A stretch of 64,000 nt of DNA from Candidatus Omnitrophota bacterium. Its GTDB lineage: Bacteria > Omnitrophota > Gorgyraeia > Zapsychrales > Zapsychraceae. A program made the position numbers and the translations under genes. Shown piece by piece: positions 17,529-26,414 of the stretch (position 1 is its first letter; every line of letters begins with the position of its first letter). The notes beneath the pieces were generated by a model. The model saw only the letters and a program-made list of their open reading frames with translations, ran no database searches and was not told where the DNA came from. The DNA is taken from the NCBI GenBank assembly GCA_016931055.1, contig JAFGFL010000089.1:7257-71256 (forward strand). The letters are read 5' to 3'.

Positions 17529-18416
17529 ATGAAAGAATGCATCGAAGAGTTCATGAATTATTTGGCCGTTGAACGGGGGCTTGCCCAGAATACCTTATTG
17601 GCTTACCGCCGGGACTTAAACAAATATTCCTCTTTTCTGGCGAAGAAAGGGATTCAGGGGGCGGTCCAGGTTAAGCGTGAGCATATCTCCGATTTCATGT
17701 TTGACCAGAAAAAGAGGGGCCTATCCGCCGCTTCCATCTGCCGGAGTTTGGCTGCGATCAAGATGTTCCATCGGTTCTTGGTCCGTGAAAGGCACGCCAA
17801 TGAAGATCCGACTCATTTGATCGATACTCCTAAAAAATGGAAAAGGGTTCCCAATGTTCTGGCGACGTCTGAGATCGAGTCCATGATTAACACCGTCAAA
17901 GGGAAAGGATGGCAGGCGGTCCGTGATAAGGCCATTTTGGAATTGTTTTACGCCAGCGGCATGCGTGTTTCCGAATTGCTGAATCTGAAGGTTGATAGTG
18001 TTAATCTCGAACTGGGTTATGTCCGTTGTGTGGGCAAAGGGAGTAAGGAACGTATTATCCCCGTCGGCAGGCGGGCTTGCGAGGCCATAGAGAAATATTG
18101 CCAGAAGGTGCGCACGAAACTGGTTAAGGATAAGACAACGGTGTTTTTATTCTTAAGCCGTTTGGGCAAGAAAATCAGCCGGCAAAGCATTTGGAAAATC
18201 ATTAAGAACTGCGCAAAACAGGCGCATATAAGAACAGAGATAAAACCGCATACGCTGAGGCACTCATTTGCGACCCATCTTCTTGAGCGTGGGGCCGACC
18301 TGCGTTCCGTTCAGGAAATGTTGGGGCATTCGGATATTTCCACGACACAGATTTACACGCATGTGGACAGGGAAAGGCTTAAAACGATTCATAAACAGTT
18401 CCATCCGCGCGGTTGA
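17529..18416 (+). CDS. xerD: site-specific tyrosine recombinase XerD/XerC
   Basis: N-terminal SAM-like domain (FMNYLAVERGLAQNTLLAYRRDL) and catalytic R...HTLRHSFATHLL...GH...TQIYTH. Confidence 0.9.
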   Translation: MKECIEEFMNYLAVERGLAQNTLLAYRRDLNKYSSFLAKKGIQGAVQVKREHISDFMFDQKKRGLSAASICRSLAAIKMFHRFLVRERHANEDPTHLIDTPKKWKRVPNVLATSEIESMINTVKGKGWQAVRDKAILELFYASGMRVSELLNLKVDSVNLELGYVRCVGKGSKERIIPVGRRACEAIEKYCQKVRTKLVKDKTTVFLFLSRLGKKISRQSIWKIIKNCAKQAHIRTEIKPHTLRHSFATHLLERGADLRSVQEMLGHSDISTTQIYTHVDRERLKTIHKQFHPRG

Positions 18417-18426
18417 AACAAGAGCT

Positions 18427-19701
18427 ATGAAGAATTATCTATTGAACCTGGACCAAAAATCCCTTCAGACGATCCGGGAAATCGGGGAAGAAGCTGAACG
18501 AAAGAAACGGTCCGCCTATATTGTCGGCGGCGTTGTTCGGGATATTATCTTAAAACGGAAGAATCTGGATCTCGATATTGTTGTCATAGCTAATGCCATA
18601 GGGTTGGCCAGGGATTTGGCTAAAAAGTGGAATGGGAAAGTGACAACGTATAAGGAGTTCGGGACAGCGTCTTTGGAGACTTCTGAAGGGTTTCGCATTG
18701 ATTTTGCGACAGCCCGAAGGGAATGTTACGCACATTCCGGCGCGTTGCCTCATGTTCAACCAGGAAATTTATCGGAAGACCTTTTACGCCGGGATTTCAC
18801 CATGAACGCAATGGCGATCGCGATCAATCCGGATTGTTTTGGCCAATTAATAGATGGGTTAGGAAGTTTGACCGATCTACAAAAGGGTGTCATTAAGGTC
18901 TTGTACGACCAGAGTTTTATGGATGACCCGACACGGATTCTCAGAGCGGTCCGTTTTGAGCAGCGGTTTTCGTTTAAAATGGAAGAGCGCACATTATCGC
19001 TCTTGAAAGCGGCATTGCAAAAGAAGGCCTTCTTGAATGTGAAGCCCCCGCGTTATTTTGACGAATTCAAAAACATATTACATGAAGAGGATCCCATAAA
19101 ATGCCTTAAACGGCTGCACCAATTGGGCGGATTAGGCTTTTTAAATCCTAGGTTTAAAGCGCATCTACAGGACTTAAATCTTTTGCATCAGAGGATTCAA
19201 GAGACGCGAAAACATCTATTCTATAGACAAAAAGATTGGTGGCTCATTTATTTTATGGGACTTATGGCAAATGCCGATTGCCGTGTCGTTGATCGTGTTT
19301 TGACGAAATTTTCATTTACAAAAAATGAGCGTGTAGGCATCCAACAAAGCCTTAAAGCCAATGAGGTCATTAAAAAACTTTCAGTTCGGCAATTGCGTCC
19401 GAGCCAGGTTTATCAGGCATTACGGTATTTAACGGGAGAAATGATTTTGTATTTGCGTGTGATGACATCAACACGTATTGTCCATAGGCGCATTGATCAG
19501 TTCCTGATCCATAGCCGTTATGTTAAGCTTTATATCAACGGTGAGGCCTTAAAGCAGATGGGCATTGTTTCTGGAAGCAGCATGGGAAAGATCTTAGAAG
19601 ATATTCTTTGTTTAAAAATAGATGGAAAAATCAGTACACGGCAGGAAGAATTAAGAGCGGCGTCGGCATGCTTAGGGAAGTTCAGCGGATCGATTTGTTA
19701 A
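18427..19701 (+). CDS. cca: CCA-adding enzyme / poly(A) polymerase family nucleotidyltransferase
   Basis: GGVVRDIIL...DLDIVV nucleotidyltransferase head and RRDFTMNA motif. The ORF is open from 18268, overlapping xerD. Confidence 0.8.
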   Translation: MKNYLLNLDQKSLQTIREIGEEAERKKRSAYIVGGVVRDIILKRKNLDLDIVVIANAIGLARDLAKKWNGKVTTYKEFGTASLETSEGFRIDFATARRECYAHSGALPHVQPGNLSEDLLRRDFTMNAMAIAINPDCFGQLIDGLGSLTDLQKGVIKVLYDQSFMDDPTRILRAVRFEQRFSFKMEERTLSLLKAALQKKAFLNVKPPRYFDEFKNILHEEDPIKCLKRLHQLGGLGFLNPRFKAHLQDLNLLHQRIQETRKHLFYRQKDWWLIYFMGLMANADCRVVDRVLTKFSFTKNERVGIQQSLKANEVIKKLSVRQLRPSQVYQALRYLTGEMILYLRVMTSTRIVHRRIDQFLIHSRYVKLYINGEALKQMGIVSGSSMGKILEDILCLKIDGKISTRQEELRAASACLGKFSGSIC

Positions 19702-19718
19702 TAAAAAGGAGCAGGGAA

Positions 19719-20090
19719 ATGGGACGCATTGAGCGGATCAATCAGCAAGTTAAGCGCGAAATTGGAAGGATCCTTCTTCAGGAAATGGCAGACCCGCGCC
19801 TACAATTCGTGACGATTATGGATGCGGATGTCAGCCGAGATCTGCAAAACGCAAGGATCCGTTATAGTGTCTTGGGAAAAGAGAGCGAAATCCAATCTGC
19901 GAAAAAAGGTTTGGAGGGGGCCAAGGGGATGATTCGGCGTCTCTTGGGGCAGTCTATGAACATGCGCCACACGCCAGATTTGATATTTATATATGACCAA
20001 TCCATTGAAATAAGCGCCCGTATCGAAGAAACTTTACAGGAGATCCACGATGAGCATGAAACGCATCATCCAGATAATCAAAAAGAATAA
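19719..20090 (+). CDS. rbfA: ribosome-binding factor A
   Basis: RINQQVKREIGRIL...VTIMDADVSRDLQNARI...PDLIFIYD pattern. Confidence 0.9.
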   Translation: MGRIERINQQVKREIGRILLQEMADPRLQFVTIMDADVSRDLQNARIRYSVLGKESEIQSAKKGLEGAKGMIRRLLGQSMNMRHTPDLIFIYDQSIEISARIEETLQEIHDEHETHHPDNQKE

Positions 20091-21009
20091 AAAATTCCTT
20101 ATTAGTACCCATGTCAATCCTGATCCGGATGCGCTCTGTTCGGAATTGGCCTTGGCCATTTACTTGAAGTCATTGGGGAAAACGGTTACGATCGTCAATC
20201 ATGAACCTGTTCATTCAAGATTCCATTTTCTTCCAAGGGCACGAAGCATTAAATCATACGACCAAAATAAAAGGGTTGTTTATGATGTTGCCGTTATCGT
20301 TGACTGCGGCGAATTAAGCCGGATAGGAAAGGTTCAAAACTTAATCCAAAAAGAAAAGATCCTTATCAATATTGACCATCATATTACCAACGATCGGTTC
20401 GGTGACATCAACTTAGTTATGCCGATGGCCTCTTCAGCAGCTGAAGTGCTTTATGAATTATTGCGGCGGGCCAAATGCACTTTAACCAAGAATTTGGCGA
20501 TGCATTTATATGTCGGGATCATGACGGACACGGGATCATTCCGCTATGAAAATACAACGGCCCGGACCCATGAGATTGTGGCGGAATTGTTAAGGCATAG
20601 GATTTCTGCCGTGGATGTGTACAGAAAACTTTATGAGATCATTCCCTTCAGCGATCTTAAAGAATTCATGAAGGTCATAAGCGGTTTTGACATGTTTTAT
20701 TCTGGAAAAGTTGTCTGTGTTCAATTGAGAAAGAAGGCCTTGTCGAAATTTTCCGGAGAGTTTGATTTACGCGATACCATTTTCAAGTTTTTGCGGTCGA
20801 TAAAAAGCGTTGAAGTTTTTGTCGTACTGACAGAGATTGATAAGAACAGGACTCGGGTGAATATGCGCTCAACCAATTCATTTGACGTTGCAAAGCTTGC
20901 CAATCGTTTTAAGGGTGGAGGACACCGTCGGGCCAGTGGCTGTATGATCAATAAGAATATCCTTTCGGCCCAAAAAGATGTGCTGAGGGAAATTAAAAAG
21001 ATTTTGTGA
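20050..21009 (+). CDS. nrnA: DHH/DHHA1 phosphoesterase (NrnA-like oligoribonuclease / pAp phosphatase)
   Basis: HVNPDPDALCS, IDHH, and GGGH in the DHHA1 tail; rbfA-nrnA-truB order. Confidence 0.8.
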   Translation: MSMKRIIQIIKKNKKFLISTHVNPDPDALCSELALAIYLKSLGKTVTIVNHEPVHSRFHFLPRARSIKSYDQNKRVVYDVAVIVDCGELSRIGKVQNLIQKEKILINIDHHITNDRFGDINLVMPMASSAAEVLYELLRRAKCTLTKNLAMHLYVGIMTDTGSFRYENTTARTHEIVAELLRHRISAVDVYRKLYEIIPFSDLKEFMKVISGFDMFYSGKVVCVQLRKKALSKFSGEFDLRDTIFKFLRSIKSVEVFVVLTEIDKNRTRVNMRSTNSFDVAKLANRFKGGGHRRASGCMINKNILSAQKDVLREIKKIL

Positions 21010-21020
21010 AGGAATATATT

Positions 21021-21683
21021 ATGGATGGGATCATAATCGTCAATAAGCCTGACGGGATGACGTCACACGATATCGTGACCCATGTGCGGCGAAAGTTTAA
21101 AATGAAGCGGGTCGGACATGCCGGAACATTGGACCCTTTGGCGACGGGTGTTTTGATCGTGCTTCTGGGAAAAGCAACAAAACTTTTCAGCAAATTTGTT
21201 GCTTTAGACAAGGCCTATCAGGCGACTATGGTTTTAGGGACAGAAACAACTTCGGCAGATATAGATGGAAAAGTGATCGGGCATAAACCTTACCAACATA
21301 TCGCGCGCAAACAGGTTGAGGATGTTTTTGAGAAATTTATCGGTGATATTGAGCAAATCCCCCCGATGGTTTCAGCCGTTAAAATGGCCGGGCAGAAGCT
21401 TTACCACTTAGCCCGCAGGGGCATCGAAGTCAAACGGAAACCGCGGCAAGTTTGTATTAAGCGTTTGGAGATTGAGGCATTTAATCCACCTGAAGTGAAA
21501 TTTTATTTGGAATGCTCAAAGGGCACCTATGTTCGCCAGCTTGCCGATGATGCTGGAAAGGCCTTAGGCTGCGGGGCTTGCATCTCTCAAATCCAGAGGA
21601 CAAAAGTCGGTGCATTTTCCATTGAAGATGCTGTCGACATAAAGGATCTTAATGAAAGTCATATACGACGTTGGGAAGATTGA
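21021..21683 (+). CDS. truB: tRNA pseudouridine(55) synthase
   Basis: GIIIVNKPDGMTSHD...GHAGTLDPLATGVL catalytic Asp motif. The ORF is open from GTG 21006. Confidence 0.93.
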   Translation: MDGIIIVNKPDGMTSHDIVTHVRRKFKMKRVGHAGTLDPLATGVLIVLLGKATKLFSKFVALDKAYQATMVLGTETTSADIDGKVIGHKPYQHIARKQVEDVFEKFIGDIEQIPPMVSAVKMAGQKLYHLARRGIEVKRKPRQVCIKRLEIEAFNPPEVKFYLECSKGTYVRQLADDAGKALGCGACISQIQRTKVGAFSIEDAVDIKDLNESHIRRWED

Positions 21684-22584
21684 CCGGACGTTAACAAACG
21701 CAGTCTTGGCAATTGGTGTTTTTGATGGCCTTCATCTTGGACATCAGAAATTGATTAAAGCTGCAGTTAAAAAAGCAAAAAAGATGAGAGTGCCGGCCGT
21801 CGTCATGACATTCTTCCCGCATCCCGTGCAGGTGTTGCACCCAAACTGCTATCTGCCGTTTATTGTTTCTTTGTCCCATCGCCTTAGACTGATCAAACAG
21901 TTGGGTGTGAAAGCGTGTCTGGTTATCCCATTTACCAAGAAAATTTCGCAGTTAACGGCGGGACAATTCGTTAAGAAATATTTGATACGTCTTTTTTGTC
22001 CTCAAGAAGTGTATGTTGGTGCCGATTTTTGTTTCGGTAAAAACAGACAAGGAACGGTTTCTTATTTAATGAACGCCGGGCAGAAATATGGATTTAAAGT
22101 CAATGCCGTTGCTCCTGTGAAAGCGGGCAACAGGAAAATCGGAAGTTCTTCCATCCGCCATTTGATCATGCGCGGCAGGTTAAATGAAGCGAGTCGTTTA
22201 TTGGGTCGCAATGTTTCTTTAATGGGTAAGGTTGTCAAAGGCGAAGGCCGCGGAAAGTCGCTTGGGTTTCCGACGGCCAACATTTTTCCAGAGAACGAGA
22301 TGATTCTACCCGTCGGTGTTTATGCCGTGCGTGTTAAAACAGGTCACAGAATGTATAAGGGGATGGCGAATGTCGGCCGGAGGCCGTCATTTAAAAAAAA
22401 TAAGAATCATATCAATATAGAAATTCATATTTTCGAATTTAAGAAGTCACTCTACGGAAAAGAAATTAGTGTCGAGTTTATAAAAAAAATCCGCAACGAG
22501 AAATTCTTCAAATCACCGCAGGAATTAACCGATCAGCTTGCACGCGATACTGTCACATGCAAAACAATTTTAAAATCGCGTTAA
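21652..22584 (+). CDS. ribF: bifunctional riboflavin kinase / FMN adenylyltransferase
   Basis: IGVFDGLHLGHQ adenylyltransferase motif and a C-terminal kinase domain (GFPTAN...). Confidence 0.93.
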   Translation: MKVIYDVGKIDRTLTNAVLAIGVFDGLHLGHQKLIKAAVKKAKKMRVPAVVMTFFPHPVQVLHPNCYLPFIVSLSHRLRLIKQLGVKACLVIPFTKKISQLTAGQFVKKYLIRLFCPQEVYVGADFCFGKNRQGTVSYLMNAGQKYGFKVNAVAPVKAGNRKIGSSSIRHLIMRGRLNEASRLLGRNVSLMGKVVKGEGRGKSLGFPTANIFPENEMILPVGVYAVRVKTGHRMYKGMANVGRRPSFKKNKNHINIEIHIFEFKKSLYGKEISVEFIKKIRNEKFFKSPQELTDQLARDTVTCKTILKSR

Positions 22585-22748
22585 GGTCAATTGTCTTCAC
22601 AGTGTGATATCGATTATTTTTCCTCTTCGCTTATCTCATTTTCAAAATTGGGTTCCGAAATGCAAACCCCATATATTGTATCTCGCTTCCCATATTATAC
22701 AAATTGTTGTATATGAAGTACATACGAAAGAATTTGTAAAATTTTGTA

Positions 22749-22777
22749 TTGACTTTTCCCATGATATTACCTATACT
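22749..22777 (+). promoter_or_regulatory. sigma70-like promoter of the dcw cluster (P-mra)
   Basis: TTGACT (22749-22754), 17-nt spacer, TATACT (22772-22777); 68 nt upstream of the mraZ ATG. Confidence 0.6.
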
Positions 22778-22817
22778 GTGAAATATAGTGGTGCAAAGTG
22801 GAGGAATGTGCCACGGT
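22778..22817 (+). promoter_or_regulatory. putative MraZ operator: four GTG(G) boxes phased at exactly 10 nt
   Basis: GTGAAATATA GTGGTGCAAA GTGGAGGAAT GTGCCACGGT, starting directly after the -10 hexamer. Confidence 0.55.
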
Positions 22818-22844
22818 AAAAACCATTGAATCCTATGAGGTTGA

Positions 22845-23282
22845 ATGTTCTACGGAGAATTTAAACATAGTATTGATAGAAAAGGGAGGCTTATTTTACC
22901 GGCGAAATTCCGAGAGGTATGTAAGGAATACAGAATCGACCGGTTTTTTTTGACCCGCGGTCTGGACAAATGTATCTTTATGTTCACGGAAGACGAGTGG
23001 CATCTTCAGGAACAAAAATTTAAGACGATGTCTTTCACCAAACAAGAAACGCGGTCATTTAACCGGATGTTTTTCTCCGGTGCGGTTGATGTGGTCCCTG
23101 ACAAACAGGGGCGTTTCATTATCCCTGAGTACTTGAAAGAATATGCTGATGTCAAGAAAGATACGGTCATTATCGGGGTTTCCAACCGTATCGAAATCTG
23201 GGACCGGAAAAGCTGGCAATCGTTCTATGAAAATTCGAGCGGTTCGTTTGAGCAGATCGCGGAAAACATCCTCAATCTCTAA
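22845..23282 (+). CDS. mraZ: transcriptional regulator MraZ
   Basis: MFYGEFKHSIDRKGRLILPAKFR and a second DxxGR repeat (PDKQGRFIIPEYL). Confidence 0.95.
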   Translation: MFYGEFKHSIDRKGRLILPAKFREVCKEYRIDRFFLTRGLDKCIFMFTEDEWHLQEQKFKTMSFTKQETRSFNRMFFSGAVDVVPDKQGRFIIPEYLKEYADVKKDTVIIGVSNRIEIWDRKSWQSFYENSSGSFEQIAENILNL

Positions 23283-23295
23283 CAGGGCTTTATCT

Positions 23296-24237
23296 ATGCT
23301 GATGGAACGTTTGATTATGGGCGACGTACAAGAAACAACAGGAAATGAAGAGACATCCCACATCCCGGTTATGCTGAATGAAGTGATTAAATACTTGGAT
23401 CCAAAACCGGGAAATATTGTTGTTGATGGAACTCTTGGATTGGGGGGGCACGCCGAGGTTATTCTCAAGCTGATTGGATCAAAGGGGCGTTTAATCGGTA
23501 TCGATCGAGACGCGCAAGCCCTTGCCATGGCGAGTAAAAATTTAAGTGCTTATCAGGACCAATGCGATTTTATCCACGAGAACTATTCGAATATCGATAA
23601 GGTCTTGGCAAAATTGAACATCCGCCATGTTGACCGTGTTCTTTTGGATTTGGGGCTTTCGAGCTTTCAATTAAACGACCCTCAGAGAGGATTCAGTTTT
23701 CGGGCAGAGGGCCCCTTAGATATGCGCATGGATCAGGACAGTTATATTTCCGCCTTTGACTTGGTCAATTCGTTGTCTGAAAGAGAAATTTCAACGATTC
23801 TTAAGGATTTTGGACAAGAGCGCTGGCATCACCGTATAGCCCGCTATGTGGTCCAATCCCGATTAAAAAAGCCAATAGAGACTACTAAAGAGTTGAGTGA
23901 TATCGTCCTGCGGGCCATGCCGCGCCAAAGTCGAAGAGAAAAGATTCATCCAGCGACAAGGGCTTTTCAAGCCTTTCGGATCGCCGTTAATCGCGAGCTC
24001 GAAGGGCTTGAGGAAGCCCTCGAAAAGTGTTTGGATGCCTTGAAAGTCGGCGGGCGGATCGCCGTCGTTGCGTTTCATTCGTTGGAAGACCGGGTTGTCA
24101 AACAGAAGTTCCGCAAATGGAGCCAAAGCGGAGAGTTGGATCTTATTGTTAAAAAACCTTTAAGGCCAAGCGAGGGGGAAGCCAGGTTTAATCCCCGGGC
24201 ACGGAGCGCCCGGCTGAGGATCGCAGAAAGGATATAG
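23296..24237 (+). CDS. rsmH: 16S rRNA (cytosine1402-N4)-methyltransferase
   Basis: HIPVMLNEV...DGTLGLGGH...DLGLSSFQL...FHSLEDR. The start among ATGs 23296/23302/23317 is uncertain. Confidence 0.93.
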   Translation: MLMERLIMGDVQETTGNEETSHIPVMLNEVIKYLDPKPGNIVVDGTLGLGGHAEVILKLIGSKGRLIGIDRDAQALAMASKNLSAYQDQCDFIHENYSNIDKVLAKLNIRHVDRVLLDLGLSSFQLNDPQRGFSFRAEGPLDMRMDQDSYISAFDLVNSLSEREISTILKDFGQERWHHRIARYVVQSRLKKPIETTKELSDIVLRAMPRQSRREKIHPATRAFQAFRIAVNRELEGLEEALEKCLDALKVGGRIAVVAFHSLEDRVVKQKFRKWSQSGELDLIVKKPLRPSEGEARFNPRARSARLRIAERI

Positions 24238-24621
24238 ATGCAATTGTGTAAATTCATAAAAATGATGGGAATCGTTATCGCATTGGCGCTTACGTATATC
24301 CACATGCAAATGCAGATTGTCGACTTGGCATATAGAGGGAACCAGAAAGAGCTTAAGATCAGGAAACTTGTTGAAGAAAACGGCAATACGACGTATAAGA
24401 TTTTAATGTTGGAGTCGGCCAATCATTTGGGAGTCGCTATGCTGGATGAAGGCTCCGACATGCAGTTTGCCGATGCGGAGGATATCGTTCAGGTTGTCAC
24501 CTCAAAAGAGCTCCTCATGGAAGATCATTTGGTTGAAGAGTCCAAGCTCGCTAAACGTAAAAATCCCTTGATCAATTTATCATCCCTCGGCATTGAGGCT
24601 GAGGCAAGAACGGCCGAATAG
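24238..24621 (+). CDS. ftsL: FtsL-like cell division protein
   Basis: Small single-TM protein with a coiled segment in the canonical slot between rsmH and ftsI. No strong sequence motif. Confidence 0.5.
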   Translation: MQLCKFIKMMGIVIALALTYIHMQMQIVDLAYRGNQKELKIRKLVEENGNTTYKILMLESANHLGVAMLDEGSDMQFADAEDIVQVVTSKELLMEDHLVEESKLAKRKNPLINLSSLGIEAEARTAE

Positions 24622-24716
24622 ATTCCAGATGTTTCTTTGATTGTATTGCTACGGCTTTCTATTAGAACGTGTGTGCTGGTCTGTCCAGTTGCGGTCTATA
24701 GTATACAGAATTTGAT

Positions 24717-26393
24717 ATGCAAAATCGAAAACATTCCCTTCGCTTCAGCCTTGTTATCCTCGCGCTCTTAACTTGCCTTTTTATATTCCTGGTTAAGCTG
24801 CTTCTCATTCAGGTCTTCAAGTCAACGCATTTGACCAATCTGGCGCAGAAACAGCATAATTATTTTGTTGAGCTTGAGCCTGTGCGCGGTACGATTTATG
24901 ACCGTAATTTACGGCCCTTGGCCTTCAATGTGCCGGTATATTCTTTGTTTGCCAATCCGCGTTCTATGTCGGAGGAAGATAAAAAGGAGGCTGTTGAACA
25001 ATTAGCGCCTCTACTCGGGATGAGCCCCGATTTTCTTCTTGAGCGCCTAGATCGTGAAAAATATTTTGTCTGGCTTAAGCGTAAACTGCCTGCGGAGGTA
25101 ACCGACCAAATAAAAAAACTGAAAATAAAAGGCATTGATTTCCGGAGGGAAAGTAAACGGTATTATCCCAACGGCAGTTTGGCCTCCCATATTATCGGTT
25201 TTGCCGGGACGGATAATGCGGGGCTCGAAGGGCTCGAATTGTCCTATGATAAATACCTCAGGGGAAAAGAAGGGCAGATGCAGGTCTTAAGAGATGCACG
25301 GCAGATTCAATTGCAGATGAGGGAATGGTTCATCCCGCCTCAGGACGGATTTCATATTGTCTTGACCATTGATGAGACCATTCAATATATTGCCGAAAGC
25401 GCTTTGGAGAAAGCCTATAAACACTATGATGCCAAAGCGGCCAGTATCATTGTTATGGACATTGCGACGGGAGAATTACTCGCCTTGGCTAACCGGCCAA
25501 CCTATGATTTGGATCATGCTGCGGACAGTGCTATTGAGAGCCGGACCAATCGGGCGATCAGCTTTGTTTATGAGCCGGGTTCCGTCTTTAAGGTGGTCAC
25601 GGCCGCGGCGGCTTTAGAAGAAGATATTTTCACCGAAGAAGATAAGATCTATTGTGAAAACGGTCAATACCGAATTGCGAATCATATTTTATCAGACCAT
25701 ACGCCTCATGGGACATTATCCTTCAGGGATGTTTTTGGCCTTTCAAGTAATATCGGAGTCACAAAAATTGCCCAGAAAGTCGGGGCAGCGAATATCTATA
25801 AATATGGCCGGCGGTTTCGCTTTGGGATGCCGACAGGGATAGATCTTGAAGGGGAGGTTAGCGGCTGGCTAAAGGATCCTTCCCAATGGTCAAAGACAAC
25901 AATCGGGGCCATCCCGATCGGCTATGAGGTAACGGTCACGCCCTTGCAGCTAGTTTGTGCCCTTTCATCAATCGCAAATGAGGGCGTGTATATGCGGCCG
26001 TTTGTGGTAAAATACGTCAAAGATAATCAAGGTGAGTATATCAAATCATTCGAACCACAGATTATCGATAGAACGATCAGCCCCGATACGGCAAGGCGGG
26101 TGACAGAAATTCTTAAAGGGGTTGTTGAGACCGGAACAGGGAAGAAAGCACAAATAAAGGGCATGACGGTGGCCGGTAAGACCGGAACCGCGCGTAAAGT
26201 TGCCAATGGGCATTATATTCAGGGTAAATATTACGCAAGTTTCATGGGGTTTGCCCCTGCCGATAATCCACGCTTAGCGGTGGTCGTTGTTCTTAACCAA
26301 CCGTATCCAAGTTATTTTGGAGGTACTGTTGCCGCCCCGGTTTTCCAGGAAGTTATGAGCAATGCGTTAAAATACCTTAAGATCTCCGAATAA
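24717..26393 (+). CDS. ftsI: peptidoglycan D,D-transpeptidase (class B PBP, FtsI/PBP3)
   Basis: N-terminal TM and dimerisation domain; transpeptidase motifs SVFK, SSN, KTGT. Confidence 0.92.
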   Translation: MQNRKHSLRFSLVILALLTCLFIFLVKLLLIQVFKSTHLTNLAQKQHNYFVELEPVRGTIYDRNLRPLAFNVPVYSLFANPRSMSEEDKKEAVEQLAPLLGMSPDFLLERLDREKYFVWLKRKLPAEVTDQIKKLKIKGIDFRRESKRYYPNGSLASHIIGFAGTDNAGLEGLELSYDKYLRGKEGQMQVLRDARQIQLQMREWFIPPQDGFHIVLTIDETIQYIAESALEKAYKHYDAKAASIIVMDIATGELLALANRPTYDLDHAADSAIESRTNRAISFVYEPGSVFKVVTAAAALEEDIFTEEDKIYCENGQYRIANHILSDHTPHGTLSFRDVFGLSSNIGVTKIAQKVGAANIYKYGRRFRFGMPTGIDLEGEVSGWLKDPSQWSKTTIGAIPIGYEVTVTPLQLVCALSSIANEGVYMRPFVVKYVKDNQGEYIKSFEPQIIDRTISPDTARRVTEILKGVVETGTGKKAQIKGMTVAGKTGTARKVANGHYIQGKYYASFMGFAPADNPRLAVVVVLNQPYPSYFGGTVAAPVFQEVMSNALKYLKISE

Positions 26394-26414
26394 TCAAAGA
26401 ACCGCAGACTATAT

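Noticed and set aside
22604-22819. 71-aa ORF in the ribF-mraZ spacer.
   Set aside because: It covers the P-mra promoter and the phased GTG boxes, and it starts at GTG (22604) rather than ATG with no visible ribosome-binding site. Judged non-coding.
23143-23295. Long N-terminal extension of rsmH (ORF open from 23143) overlapping mraZ by 140 nt. Similar in-frame extensions exist for cca (18268), rbfA (19608), pgaD (48878) and DUF503 (61466).
   Set aside because: The conserved N-termini of these families begin at the downstream ATGs, and the extensions overlap the preceding genes. Starts were trimmed accordingly.
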